Assembly: GCA_037441675.1 (NCBI GenBank)
Contig: JBBIRS010000001.1
Location: forward strand, 96,001 to 160,000
Length of the DNA stretch: 64,000 nucleotides
Direction of reading: 5' to 3'
Source of the DNA: Planctomycetales bacterium
Lineage (GTDB): Bacteria > 4484-113
Of this stretch, positions 17,942 through 28,549 are shown one piece after another (positions within the stretch are counted from its first letter, which is position 1; each line of letters opens with the position of its first letter). The notes beneath the pieces are model-generated. The model was not told where the DNA came from. It saw only the letters and a list, made by a program, of their open reading frames with translations, and did not search any database. The translations under genes were made by a program, and so were the position numbers.

Positions 17942-20356
17942 TTAAAAATCATTTGCAAGGATAAAATCATAAACTTTTCTATATTTGAGAACTTTTTTCA
18001 CAAATTGTTTTGTTTCAAAATTGGGAAGTAACTCTACAACAATTTGGGGATAATTTGAATTAATATTTCTAAGCCAATTCCTTAAGTTGCCAGGTCCAGC
18101 GTTGTAAGCAGCAATTGCTAAGTATTCCTCACCAAACATTCTTAGTTGTTCTGCAATATAAGCACATCCTATATGAATGTTTTTTTCAGGATCCGTAAGT
18201 GGTCTTAGATGTAGATGCTGAGGAATCTTGGTTTCATAAAGCTTAGCAGTTGAAGGTAGAATCTGCATTAGCCCCACCGCTTGAGCGGAAGATACTGCCT
18301 TGGGGTTGAAGTTGCTCTCTTTCGCTATCAATGCATAAATAAGAGCTTTAGATATTTTGTACCGCGCAGAGGCTTCTTCAACAATCTCCTTATAAGGAGT
18401 GGGAAAGGCAATCTTTAAGACCAGCCATACTAGTCTTCTATCCATCCTTGTGTGTAGTCCTTGTTCAAGCATTAACAGGACTTTCCATCTGCTAATTGGG
18501 ATTTCGGCTGTTTGATCAAGGTTGTACGCATACATAGCTGGTATTATCGAATCACTTGCGGTATTAGTATTTAATTCTTCCATCTCAATCACGAAATCCG
18601 TCATAAATAGACTAAGCAAGTATTCTTCTTCCAACTCTTTGCTAAATAGAAAACTATCATTAGTATAAAGGGGCTCTAAATTCTTCCATCCTAATTTACC
18701 AAGCGGGCAGAGCTCGTAATAACTTAGTTTTTGAACATTGTAGCTAATCGTTGAAATATTCCTATCTTCAGCTTTTGAGATGCCCGCTAAAAATTCTTTC
18801 CAATAGTTAGACACAGATGGTTCTTTTTCTTCTACTTTAGAAATCGCCCAGTTTGCGGTTTTCATATCAGATGAATAAATGAGAAGCGGAATAAGCTCTT
18901 CGGCGCTTTGGACTGTATCTGTTCCTCCTTTCAAAAGGTTATCTCGTAAGAGTTGAATTTGTTTGTTTTGACTAGAGAAAGGCTCTCTCTCTTTTAGAAG
19001 CTGATACAACTTATACCGCAAGGTATTCGTGTAACGACCTTCTAGCTGAATAGCCTTTGATAATTCAACCTTTGCCTTTTGCCAATCACCCATCTTTTCT
19101 AAAAAGTTCGCATAGTTTAGTGATATAAGCTGAAGCGCCTCCTCAGCCAGACCAGAGCGATTCTTCTCAGCGATACTCTTTGCTTGGTTGACAAGCTCGC
19201 TTATTGATGCCTCGTTCATTTGTGGTGTTGACACACCGGTGGCTATTGCGATTAACAGCAGTCTAAATCTTTCGTCTATTCCTTCGGTAGTTATTAACTT
19301 CTTCAGTGTTTCTAAACTTTTTCTCTTGAATTCTACATCTTCATTGGCGATTTGTTCACTTAACCTAAGAAAGTACTCCATTGGTAGGTCAATCAGTTCG
19401 CTACTTAGTTTTGGAGTAATTTCACTTAGGCTATCAATTAGGTTTTTCACAGCAATCCTCGTTGTGTTCTTGGCATTTGAACTAAGTGCCTGAAGAAAAT
19501 ATTTGCAGGCAAAATCAATCTTGCCTATCTTTTTGTAATATTCCCCTAGCTCAATGTAAGCCTTTGATGTTATCCAACTGGAGTTAAGTTTTGCATCCTT
19601 CTCCAAAGAGAGTAATAAGTTGAGGCAAGAAAGTGCGTTATTAATCCTCCCCTTTATTAGTTCATTTTCAAGCAAATTCAAAACAGCTCGTTTCCTTATG
19701 GGTATATATGTGCTTTTGAGTAGACGTTTCATTTGAGCCAATCCAGACTTCGCTTCGCGTTGGTCACCGACAATGATTTTGGCTCTCGCATTGTAATAGG
19801 CTAGGTAATCGTTAAGCTGAGGGGAGACACCATTCTTTATTGCTTCATTGAAATAGCTTTTAGCCCCATTCCAATCGCCAAGCAGGGCAAGTTGGTAACC
19901 TGCGAACATCTTTAAGTTGCCATATACAGGGTAGTTTCTTAATTCAGCGTAAGTCCCGCTCTGAAATGGGTTATCTATCATGCCTTTGCTTTTAGCTTGG
20001 TTGAGGATATCAAGCCGAAGCTCATTAACAAGATCCACAGTGTCCTCGTGAAATCCGTAAATTGCGCTCATCAATTGCGCCTTTCCTATGTTTCCAGAGA
20101 GGGCGTAAATCCGAGCCAATGCCTGTAGCGTTTCCCTTGTATTTTTATTTCTCAAATTGTGGATGGTTTCCTGCTTGGCTAGTGAGAGATAATTCCTCTT
20201 GATTTTCTCGCTGAGGGGGAGCATTTCCCGATACATGCTTCTTACCAATAAGAACCCTCCCCACAGGCTTAACATAACTAAAGCTATTACTAAAAACCGT
20301 CCGATACTTTTGGTAGTGAAAATCATTCTCCCATAAGGACCAAAGTGTTTATTCAA
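17942..20356 (-). CDS. Membrane-anchored soluble lytic transglycosylase (helical repeats plus C-terminal SLT domain)
   Basis: N-terminal TM segment; AKESNFNPKAVSSAQAVGLMQI, AAYNAGPG, ETKQFVKKV; start may be ATG 20326. Confidence 0.88.
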   Translation of the reverse strand: MNKHFGPYGRMIFTTKSIGRFLVIALVMLSLWGGFLLVRSMYREMLPLSEKIKRNYLSLAKQETIHNLRNKNTRETLQALARIYALSGNIGKAQLMSAIYGFHEDTVDLVNELRLDILNQAKSKGMIDNPFQSGTYAELRNYPVYGNLKMFAGYQLALLGDWNGAKSYFNEAIKNGVSPQLNDYLAYYNARAKIIVGDQREAKSGLAQMKRLLKSTYIPIRKRAVLNLLENELIKGRINNALSCLNLLLSLEKDAKLNSSWITSKAYIELGEYYKKIGKIDFACKYFLQALSSNAKNTTRIAVKNLIDSLSEITPKLSSELIDLPMEYFLRLSEQIANEDVEFKRKSLETLKKLITTEGIDERFRLLLIAIATGVSTPQMNEASISELVNQAKSIAEKNRSGLAEEALQLISLNYANFLEKMGDWQKAKVELSKAIQLEGRYTNTLRYKLYQLLKEREPFSSQNKQIQLLRDNLLKGGTDTVQSAEELIPLLIYSSDMKTANWAISKVEEKEPSVSNYWKEFLAGISKAEDRNISTISYNVQKLSYYELCPLGKLGWKNLEPLYTNDSFLFSKELEEEYLLSLFMTDFVIEMEELNTNTASDSIIPAMYAYNLDQTAEIPISRWKVLLMLEQGLHTRMDRRLVWLVLKIAFPTPYKEIVEEASARYKISKALIYALIAKESNFNPKAVSSAQAVGLMQILPSTAKLYETKIPQHLHLRPLTDPEKNIHIGCAYIAEQLRMFGEEYLAIAAYNAGPGNLRNWLRNINSNYPQIVVELLPNFETKQFVKKVLKYRKVYDFILANDF

Positions 20357-20385
20357 AGACCTTTAACTGCAAAAGCTTTATCCTC

Positions 20386-21510
20386 TCAAAAATTTCTAAT
20401 AGGTATGACCTCTCTTTTCACGCGGCGACCTATTCTGCATATGATGTCGTAGTTATTAGTTCCGCACCAAGTTGCAAATTCGTCCAAAGTGATTTCTTCA
20501 TCCTTCTGTCTTCCAATCAGCACAGCTTCTGCACCCGGGTATACACTCTCATCTTTTCCTACGTCTAAAATTACATAGTCCATATTAACTGCTCCTGCGA
20601 CGGTTCTTCTCTTACCGTTGATTAGAACTTGTCCCTTTGGAAAGAATTGCGTTGGTATGCCATCTGCATATCCGAGAGGGATAGTTGCCAAGTTTGTCTC
20701 TTCCTTTGTGGTATATAAATGCCCGTATGAAACACCAGTGCCTGCGGGAACTCTCCTCACATCAACCACCATTGTTTTCCAGGTAAATACTGGCATTACA
20801 CCTGGTTTTATCCCCTCGTATCCCGGAGGATAGTATCCTAGAGCAAGAATACCTATTCTTACCATATCAAGCCTGCTCTCAGGAAATGAAAGAGTTCCAA
20901 GGGAATTCGCTAAATGTTTAGTAACACTTCTCTTAAGTCTTTTTTCAATCCGTTCGGCGCATTCGGTAAACAACCTTATTTGCTCAGGAATAATTCTGTC
21001 TTTGGAGTTAGCAGTCCCGGCAAGATGGGAGAAGATACCTTCTACAGAAATATGAGGATTATCAACAAGGCAATCAACAAAATCATCCAACCCCTCAGGT
21101 GTTACGCCCGCTCTTCGCATTCCCGTGTCTAGCTTGATATGGACCTTGGCTATCGTTCCTAATTCAGCTGCGGCATCTTCAAGTTGCTGGATAGTTTCAG
21201 GCCTAAAAATACTAAGGTCTAAGAAATGTCGCAACGCCAGTTTGTATTGTTCCGGAGGCGTGTATCCCATTACAAGAATACTTCCAAGGTAATCAGACTG
21301 TCTAAGCTCAAGCGCCTCATCAACAACTGCCACTCCGCATACAATATCAGGAAGTTCGGTTAACACTGGGATTAATTGGACTGCACCTATCCCATATCCA
21401 TTTGCCTTCATTACAAAGAGAAGCTTGCGATTAACGTACTTTTTTATCAGCTTGAGATTTTCTAACAGCTGGTTAAGGTCTACTATTAGTTTGGAGTAAG
21501 AATGTTGCAT
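20386..21510 (-). CDS. alr: Alanine racemase
   Basis: PLP lysine VMKANGYG, HIKLDTGMRR, MVRIG, VSYG, GYADG. Confidence 0.95.
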   Translation of the reverse strand: MQHSYSKLIVDLNQLLENLKLIKKYVNRKLLFVMKANGYGIGAVQLIPVLTELPDIVCGVAVVDEALELRQSDYLGSILVMGYTPPEQYKLALRHFLDLSIFRPETIQQLEDAAAELGTIAKVHIKLDTGMRRAGVTPEGLDDFVDCLVDNPHISVEGIFSHLAGTANSKDRIIPEQIRLFTECAERIEKRLKRSVTKHLANSLGTLSFPESRLDMVRIGILALGYYPPGYEGIKPGVMPVFTWKTMVVDVRRVPAGTGVSYGHLYTTKEETNLATIPLGYADGIPTQFFPKGQVLINGKRRTVAGAVNMDYVILDVGKDESVYPGAEAVLIGRQKDEEITLDEFATWCGTNNYDIICRIGRRVKREVIPIRNF

Positions 21511-21512
21511 TC

Positions 21513-22946
21513 CTAAATAGAGCTATGCCACCTCTTCTTGCGTAAAAGTTTAGAATAAACCGATATTATGAATTCTCTCTCCGTTCGGTTTAATTCTCCA
21601 TTTTCCCTCAAGATTCTCTGAATCGCAATAAACTCCTCATCGGACATTTCAATTTCATTTGTGAGATACGCCAAAAGGTTAAGCTGTTCATTATCTGTAC
21701 GTGGGGATTTGCCCGATAATGCTGAAAGAGCGAATAAGAAAGCTCCTTCAAAATCATCAGTTTTATACATTTGGTTACCAAGGGCGATAATCCTTTCAGT
21801 CTCCGGTGGGAATTTATCTATGGGTAAGGATAATCTACGTCCAAGGGGAAAAACTCTCGGCAATAGTGCAACTAAAGCAATTAGGATCAGAATAGACAAG
21901 GCTCTTCCCCCTTTGGTTGATACCAGTAGGCTCGTGACGCTAACTGTTGGAAGGTAAAATCTTGCATTTTCGTGGAAAAAGTAAAGTGGCATCTCACCCC
22001 TAAGTTGGAGGAGGTTATTAGCAAATACAACGTTATCCACAAGCCCAATTTCTTCATTGGTCAATATATCTGAGATAAACAGGATAGTTAACCTTGCGCT
22101 TTCAATAGACTTCGCACCAAGCAATGGAACAAGCGTTCCCTTTAGAATGTAAACTTCATCAAGGCTATCAAGTAAGTTTTGATAATATGTTGAGACATAT
22201 TCCAATTCTTCAATGTTTCTCTTTATGTAAATGTGGGTAACTTCATTAAAGAGAGCCGAGGTCTTTGGTAAGAATATGTGCATTCCCCCCTTCTCATCTT
22301 TCTCCCACGCTACTTCGTAAATCTTACTATGTATTTGTTCCTTTTGTCTTTGCTCTGCTCTCCGCTCCTCAATATTATGTAAATTTGTGCTTATTTTCAC
22401 CTCTCTATCACTCTCTCTTGCTCCATGTTCATTTGATTTTAATTTCAGCATATTCTCTTTTGCTTCTACGTTCGGTATGCTTTCATTCTTAATCAACAAA
22501 TTCTTATCATTCTTCTCACTTTTCGTCTCCACCTTAGACCTTTTAACTGATTGGGGTCCTGTTGAGGATATATCTACTGTTTCATTTGGTAATGGCATTA
22601 AGAGCAAAAAACTTGTCCCTTTCTCCATTTGACTAGTAATACTCTGAAGATCATAGAAGGGGTAGGGGGCAAATAATTTATGAGACTGGTTTTTGGCACT
22701 ACCCGTTAAGACAACGAATGCTCCGCGGGGAATAAGAACCAGTGGACGATTATGTATAACAGGTCTCATCTTTAGTCTTTTAGCTAACAGATATAGAGCG
22801 CGAATACCCTTAGCGCCGGTACTGTATGCTGAGAGTGGTTCGCCATCCGCCTTATGAGGTTGTGCCTTTATTGAAAGGGAAAAAACTAGGCTCACTATTA
22901 TCGCTGTAAGTAGCCATATACCAGTGCTTTGCGGTGCTGTTTTCAT
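21513..22946 (-). CDS. DUF4350-like membrane protein
   Basis: Signal/TM segment followed by SAYSTGAKGIRALY; ILTNEEIGLVDNVVFA; second TM then RVFPLGR; follows a DUF4129-like gene. Confidence 0.6.
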   Translation of the reverse strand: MKTAPQSTGIWLLTAIIVSLVFSLSIKAQPHKADGEPLSAYSTGAKGIRALYLLAKRLKMRPVIHNRPLVLIPRGAFVVLTGSAKNQSHKLFAPYPFYDLQSITSQMEKGTSFLLLMPLPNETVDISSTGPQSVKRSKVETKSEKNDKNLLIKNESIPNVEAKENMLKLKSNEHGARESDREVKISTNLHNIEERRAEQRQKEQIHSKIYEVAWEKDEKGGMHIFLPKTSALFNEVTHIYIKRNIEELEYVSTYYQNLLDSLDEVYILKGTLVPLLGAKSIESARLTILFISDILTNEEIGLVDNVVFANNLLQLRGEMPLYFFHENARFYLPTVSVTSLLVSTKGGRALSILILIALVALLPRVFPLGRRLSLPIDKFPPETERIIALGNQMYKTDDFEGAFLFALSALSGKSPRTDNEQLNLLAYLTNEIEMSDEEFIAIQRILRENGELNRTEREFIISVYSKLLRKKRWHSSI

Positions 22947-22950
22947 CTTC

Positions 22951-23715
22951 CTATTCGCGATTCCCCTCTTGGGATAAAAGTTGAAATGCCCTTTTGAATT
23001 CAGCGAATTTGTCTATACTTATGGAGCGTTCCCCATAAAAGGTTTCATTGAAAATCATAGTTAAATATCTAAAGGCGGTTGTTCTTTCTGGCTTTCTAAA
23101 TTTGAAAGACTGGATTAAAAGGGAAGTGGGAAGCGTTTTGGCATAAGCTGGAAATAAGATATTTAAGCTTTCCTGATATAGACACCTAATCGCCTCAATT
23201 AAATTTCCCTGCATTTCAGCTTTTTCCGCCAATTCTAACCAACCATTTCCTGATTGTGACTTTGCAGGTGATCGTTTCTTTCTCCTGTGAATTTGAAAAA
23301 CCTCCAGACAGCTTTTGACTACGAAGGCAAGTAACCCCAAGCCTAAGATTAGTGAAAATAGCCTAAAGATGGTGAATGCTGTGGGATTTTCACCTTCCGA
23401 ACCTTGTGATAAGTTCTTTAACCATTCCACGATTGGTGTGAGTATTCCCCATTCATTATCGAGGGAACTTCTACCCTCTTGCCGAAAAGCCCTGCTTGAA
23501 AGAATGCTATTTATCATTGAGTGAAGCTCGTTAGCATCAACTCCTTCATTTTGTATCTTTCGAGAATTGTTTGCGTCGTGAGGGACATAACTAGTTTGCC
23601 CTGAAGAACTCTCCTGTATGTTAAAAATGAAGGCGTAAGAACTTCTAGCAAGAATGAGTAAAAATACTAGCACTAGGATATATCTAAATTTCCAATTCTT
23701 AAGGTTGTATACCAT
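22951..23715 (-). CDS. DUF4129-like membrane protein
   Basis: Signal peptide, ILSSRAF, TM segment, AEMQGNLIEAIRCLY and FNETFYGER motifs. Confidence 0.6.
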   Translation of the reverse strand: MVYNLKNWKFRYILVLVFLLILARSSYAFIFNIQESSSGQTSYVPHDANNSRKIQNEGVDANELHSMINSILSSRAFRQEGRSSLDNEWGILTPIVEWLKNLSQGSEGENPTAFTIFRLFSLILGLGLLAFVVKSCLEVFQIHRRKKRSPAKSQSGNGWLELAEKAEMQGNLIEAIRCLYQESLNILFPAYAKTLPTSLLIQSFKFRKPERTTAFRYLTMIFNETFYGERSISIDKFAEFKRAFQLLSQEGNRE

Positions 23716-23729
23716 GACATCTAGTTCAG

Positions 23730-25855
23730 TTAGTAGTATCTAGGTGAGAAAACGATATCAACCTTCTTATTTTTTGCTGACGCCCTAAAGTCCAGCAAGT
23801 GGTTGTAATTAACATCGCTGGTAAGAAATTTTCCGTGCGCTACCCATCTATTTGAATGACTTGAAAGCCGAACATCAGATACTTCATACATACTTGCACT
23901 CTGTATAAACTCAATTTCCCCTAAGAGTTTACCAACTTCCTTTTCGAGTTCTTTCTTTCCAGTGGAGTATGCTGAAAAATTAATAATAACCCCAAAAGGT
24001 GGAAGCTTAAAATCTTCCTTCAGTTTCTCTATGTCAGCAAGGGTTTTCTTCCTATCGGGCCCAATCCTAGCGAAAATTGCATCAGTAATTTGTTTTGGGC
24101 CTAGAAGTTGAATATTTACTGAATTTCTTCCGTAAAGAGAGTATAGACGATAGATTTGATCCTCTACGAATTCCTCAACAAAGGGAGCCTGCGAAACCGA
24201 TATAAATTCCCTTAGGATGAAAACGATTTTCTTCGGTTTATAGAAGCTTAAAGGTGAGAAAAGTGTGCTTGTCCCAATCAATACGTCCGTTCTACCCAGA
24301 TTCGCTTCCCTAATTTCACCTCTACGTGCTTGGTATAATGCTCCTACACGTGGCGTATGTGGAAGATTTCGTTTCTTAAGCTCAGCTCTAACTAGTTTCG
24401 CCAAGCCTTCAACTCCAACAAGTTGAATAGAAAGCTCTCTTCCTTGACATTCTTGACACGCAACATTTCTGCTTCTAAAGCCACAATTGGTGCAGGCGAA
24501 ATGCTCCGTATCTGCACTGTAAAGAAGATATCTTCCGCAATTGGGGCAGTACACCATACTATCACAACTTTCACATTTAATATGTTGCCCAATGCCCAAG
24601 GCATCGTTAAGGACCAGCATTTTCACGCCACTTCTTGCTTGCGAGGCAATTGTTCTTGAGAGTTTTATTATTCTCTCATTACTAGTGCCGGATACAGGTT
24701 TTGGAGTTGAATGCAATTCATCCGCGGAATAACACGGATAAGTGGAAGTTAGGGGGATTAACCTCAACACCATTGGTGTAACCATTGAGTAGAAGTATAA
24801 ATTTAGTAGCGTGTTGTATCTTGGGTAATCTTGAGATTGAAAATGTGGGTTAGTTGGGTCAAAGATAATTACCTCGTCAAAGAGAGAGTAAAGGCAAAGG
24901 AAATTGCTAGCCCTTTTTCCAACTATAACAATGGACTGCGAGCTTTTGAGAGATTGCTCCAACTTAACAAGTTCGGAAGAAGGCATATCAGAAGAAAAGG
25001 TTAATACTCTATCCGCACCCCTTTTTGGAAGCGCATTTTTGAACGCTTCAACAAAGCTCTCTTCGGGCAAAAGCACGAGAATTTTACTTTTCTTATTCAA
25101 AAGAGTCCTGACAAATGATTTGCGAAAAAAGTCACGCCAATTCACATTTTCAACTCTTATGCAAGGGCTAGAGATGCATCCATCATTCAAAGAGAGTTCA
25201 GAAAAGAAACTACTAACTTGCCTGAAAAAGGAGTGTCCTTCGGGGAATTTGGCTTCTTCTCCTTTAAGTGGAATGGCGAGAACTTGCTGAATCGGTGTTT
25301 CAACCTCTTTCCATGTCTTATGAACGACCGTTGACAAGGATAATGTTCCTACTACCCTTAACTGCCCACTCTCTAGTATGTCCCATAACTGACTAGGCTC
25401 CATATGACTAAGTAGTTTTTTGAGAAGGGATGACGATATTCTAGTGCCGTCTCTTGGTAGAAGGATTTTGAGTATCGCCCCAATTTTCTTTGATTTTAAT
25501 GTCTCTTCCCATTTCTCACCGTAAAAAAAAACAGATTTATCCTTCTTTGAGCCTGGCCAAAGGTTACAAGATCAAATATCTCAGCGGGAGAACAAAGATA
25601 CAAACGGGAAAGCGCAAGTATCATCTTTCCAATGTGCACTACTGGTGACGTAGTCAATCTCAATCTTCCCACAATAGGCAATAGCCCATTCAAGTTGCCA
25701 TTCGTAAGCTCGGCAATTATTCCCGCCACTAGCTTCTCTCTGAATGGCACAATTACCAACTCTCCCTTATCGTAGGACTTATCTAACGGGACTCTATACG
25801 AGAAATAACGGAAACGCGGGTCTTGCCCAAGAAGATATATTTTCGCAATTCTCAT
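23730..25855 (-). pseudogene. priA: Divergent primosomal protein N' (PriA), split into two ORFs (25496..25855 and 23730..25403) by a frameshift at a T9 run
   Basis: N-terminal FSYRVP..GELVIVPF..GII 3'-DNA-binding domain; four CxxC (CESC/CPNC/CTNC/CQEC); DVLIGT; LPPF; downstream frame is open from the T9 run; located downstream of coaBC. Confidence 0.75.
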
Positions 25856-25942
25856 CTCTAAAATACCCTTGCGGGATTTTGCTCTTCAAATTGCTTATCC
25901 AGAAATTCTCTGCGTCAATTAATAGAATAAAAGTCCTTCGAG

Positions 25943-26869
25943 TTAACTTTGTTGATTAGATTCTACTTCTTCTCCCACCTTAAATAGTTTTGCCTTTATC
26001 TCAAAACGTGGTAACTCCCGCTTGTAGAGCTCATTCAAATATTCAGCAATATGCTCATTTACAAGTTCCCCAAGAAGATACTCTCGTATATCCTCCTTCA
26101 CCTCTTCCAATGTGTGATTCTCTGCGGGTAATTTCTTGTGGACAAAAACAATGTGGAATAGAGATCCTCTGATTATCTGAGAGTACTTGCCCTCTTCCAA
26201 TGAAAATGCAACTAACTCTAAAGGAGCTGGCAACCCACGCCCTTTTCCGATAATCCCGACGTATCCACCCCTTGCGCGTAATTCCTCATCATCATTATAG
26301 ATAGATGCAAGTTGATTAAAATCTTCACCCTTTTCCAGCCTTCCCAATACCTCTTTAGCTCTTTCCTCGGTATCTACACTTATAATTGACATCTGCACTC
26401 GCTCGGGTAATTGGAACTGGTCAATGTTTTTTAGATAATACTTCTTAACATCGTCATCGCTGACCTTGAGATTCTTCTCCTTTATAAACTTGTCCTCAAG
26501 CAACCTTCTATACTTGCGGTTCATAATGTTGTAATCCACAAACCTTTCCACCGCCGCAGCAGAATAAAGCTCCTTGAAACCGTCATAGATTTCTTGGGTC
26601 ATTTCGTCCTTGATGAAATCTTGTCTTTCTTCTTGCGTAGGTGAAAGTCCAAGCTTTGCAGCTTCCTTGTAGACTACAATTTGCTGAAGAAATGTGACGA
26701 GACCCTGCGCACCGAGCATCTTCATAAAGAAAATGTCAAAATCCTCGAGCGTTATGGTTTCACCATTGTATACAGCTAAGGGGTTGCTGCTCTCTGCTTT
26801 TATGGGGTAGGAGCCAAGCAGAAGAGCACAAATGCTTATCAAAATTGTTGCTATGGTTCTAGTTTTCAT
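25943..26869 (-). CDS. Exported parvulin-type peptidyl-prolyl isomerase (PrsA/SurA-like foldase)
   Basis: Signal peptide from ATG 26869; LAVYNGETIT; GEDFNQLASIY..GGYVG..AFSLEEGKYSQII..FHIV. Confidence 0.88.
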   Translation of the reverse strand: MKTRTIATILISICALLLGSYPIKAESSNPLAVYNGETITLEDFDIFFMKMLGAQGLVTFLQQIVVYKEAAKLGLSPTQEERQDFIKDEMTQEIYDGFKELYSAAAVERFVDYNIMNRKYRRLLEDKFIKEKNLKVSDDDVKKYYLKNIDQFQLPERVQMSIISVDTEERAKEVLGRLEKGEDFNQLASIYNDDEELRARGGYVGIIGKGRGLPAPLELVAFSLEEGKYSQIIRGSLFHIVFVHKKLPAENHTLEEVKEDIREYLLGELVNEHIAEYLNELYKRELPRFEIKAKLFKVGEEVESNQQS

Positions 26870-26874
26870 TAATG

Positions 26875-28116
26875 TTATTTCTCCCTTCTTAATCGTTTTA
26901 CCATAGAGCATATTAAAGTTACCAATGCTTCCCCAATTTCCTCTTTACTATGATAGCCAAAAGGAATTACAGCACCATCTGTTGTAAGTAAGGCTGACTT
27001 CATAGAAGCCTCCCCGAAGGGACTTTGCCCTTCCTCTAAGGATACAGCAATTATTCCACTAAGATCTTTTTCCAAAAGTTTGTTCTTTGCAGAATTCAGC
27101 ACATCTGAAGTGTCAAGTGATACACCAATTCTGATTGATGGCATATTTATTTTTTTAAGTGATTGTAAAATATCATCGGTTCTTGTAAGAGAGAGCGAAA
27201 GCTTTTCGTGCTTATCCTTTTTTATCTTAGAATTTGAAATAGGTGAAGTATAATCCGCCACACCAGCTAGCATTACCAGCACATCATTTTCCTGAGCAGA
27301 TTCTGTAACAACTTCATACATTTCTTTGGCGCTTGTAATTCGACGAAAGTTGTAGCCCCTTTGTTCTAACTCCCGATTAGGAATACTTGGACTCGCGACA
27401 AAGGTAACTTTTGCTCCTTGAAGGAACAGCATATCCGCACATATTAGTGCCAAAGTTCCCGTTGATGAATTGGAAACGAACCGAACGGGGTCTATAAATT
27501 CGCGAGTTGCTCCTCCAGTGACAAGCACATTCACGCCTGATAGTGGACCCTCGAGCAGGTTAAGCTGATTAAGTAAAACTTGTAAGATTTTTCTTGGTTC
27601 TGCAAGTCTTCCAGGTCCCACCTCGCCACATGCTAGGTATCCAGTTCCCGGTTCAACCATAATCATTCCTCTTTGCTGTAACTTTGTGACATTTTCTTGT
27701 GTTACCGGATTTTCCCACATTGCACTGTTCATTGTAGGTGCGAAAACAATTGGACCGCGAAAGGCAAGAGCAGTTGAAGTCAATAGATTATCAGCAATTC
27801 CATGTGCAAGTTTAGCGATTGTATTTACGGTTGCGGGAGCAATCAAAAATATTTCAGACCCTCTCGCCTCTTGTATATGATACATGGAGCCCGAATCGTA
27901 GTCGTCTGGCATTTTATAGTCTGCAAATTCATCAACAAGTACTCTATTACCCGTTAGAGCGGTGAAAGTTAAGGGGCTTATGAATTTAGTCGCATTTGGC
28001 GTCATTATTATATGCACGTCAAGTCCATTTTCTACGAGTTCTCTTGCAACCTCGCAGATTTTGTAGACTGCTATACCCCCACTTACTCCTATCAGAACTC
28101 TTCTACTCTTCCTCAA
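26875..28116 (-). CDS. coaBC: Bifunctional phosphopantothenoylcysteine decarboxylase/phosphopantothenate--cysteine ligase
   Basis: GVSGGIAVYK, APATVNTIAKLAHGIADN, PTMNSAMW, LACGEVGPGRL, VTGGATREFIDPVRFVSNSSTG; TTG 28116 has an AGGAG SD and overlaps the end of rpoZ. Confidence 0.95.
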   Translation of the reverse strand: MRKSRRVLIGVSGGIAVYKICEVARELVENGLDVHIIMTPNATKFISPLTFTALTGNRVLVDEFADYKMPDDYDSGSMYHIQEARGSEIFLIAPATVNTIAKLAHGIADNLLTSTALAFRGPIVFAPTMNSAMWENPVTQENVTKLQQRGMIMVEPGTGYLACGEVGPGRLAEPRKILQVLLNQLNLLEGPLSGVNVLVTGGATREFIDPVRFVSNSSTGTLALICADMLFLQGAKVTFVASPSIPNRELEQRGYNFRRITSAKEMYEVVTESAQENDVLVMLAGVADYTSPISNSKIKKDKHEKLSLSLTRTDDILQSLKKINMPSIRIGVSLDTSDVLNSAKNKLLEKDLSGIIAVSLEEGQSPFGEASMKSALLTTDGAVIPFGYHSKEEIGEALVTLICSMVKRLRREK

Positions 28117-28549
28117 GTTCTCCTTCCTCAAAGAACTCACCCTCTTCCTCAGAAGAAGCGTCCTGTTCAACCACGATTTCCTCCGAAGGGACAAATTCAA
28201 ACTCAGTCTTTGCAGTGCCTTTTGTAGTTAGATGAATGTTTTCGCCTCCCTTCCTAAAGCCTTCCAAATACTCAAAAAAGTAAAGTTTTTCTCTTTCCAG
28301 TTTACTCTCTGCGATTTCATAGAGTGCTTGTGTGAGTGGCTTTAAGGTAGATTTCTGTTCATTACTTTCTTCATCAAGCCCAGTTTCTGACATCTGCAAC
28401 CTTCTTGATTTATACACGATTTGTTTCGCTCGCAAAGCCGCCAGTAAAACTAACTCATACTTATTCGGTACATGCTTTAGCAAGTCATCCATAAGTGGAT
28501 ATAAAAGAGTTTCCTTTTCCTCCATTCCTTTGGTTTCATGTTTGTTCAT
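28103..28549 (-). CDS. rpoZ: RNA polymerase omega subunit with long acidic C-terminal extension
   Basis: LLYPLMDDLLKHVPNKYELVLLAALRAKQI and KPLTQALYEIA; position between gmk and coaBC. Confidence 0.88.
   Translation of the reverse strand: MNKHETKGMEEKETLLYPLMDDLLKHVPNKYELVLLAALRAKQIVYKSRRLQMSETGLDEESNEQKSTLKPLTQALYEIAESKLEREKLYFFEYLEGFRKGGENIHLTTKGTAKTEFEFVPSEEIVVEQDASSEEEGEFFEEGELEEE

Noticed and set aside
28117..28200. Extended N-terminus of coaBC (and similar extensions of yraN, the YdjC gene, mlaF and the thioesterase)
   Set aside because: These overlap upstream genes; internal starts with better SD or family-typical N-termini exist.
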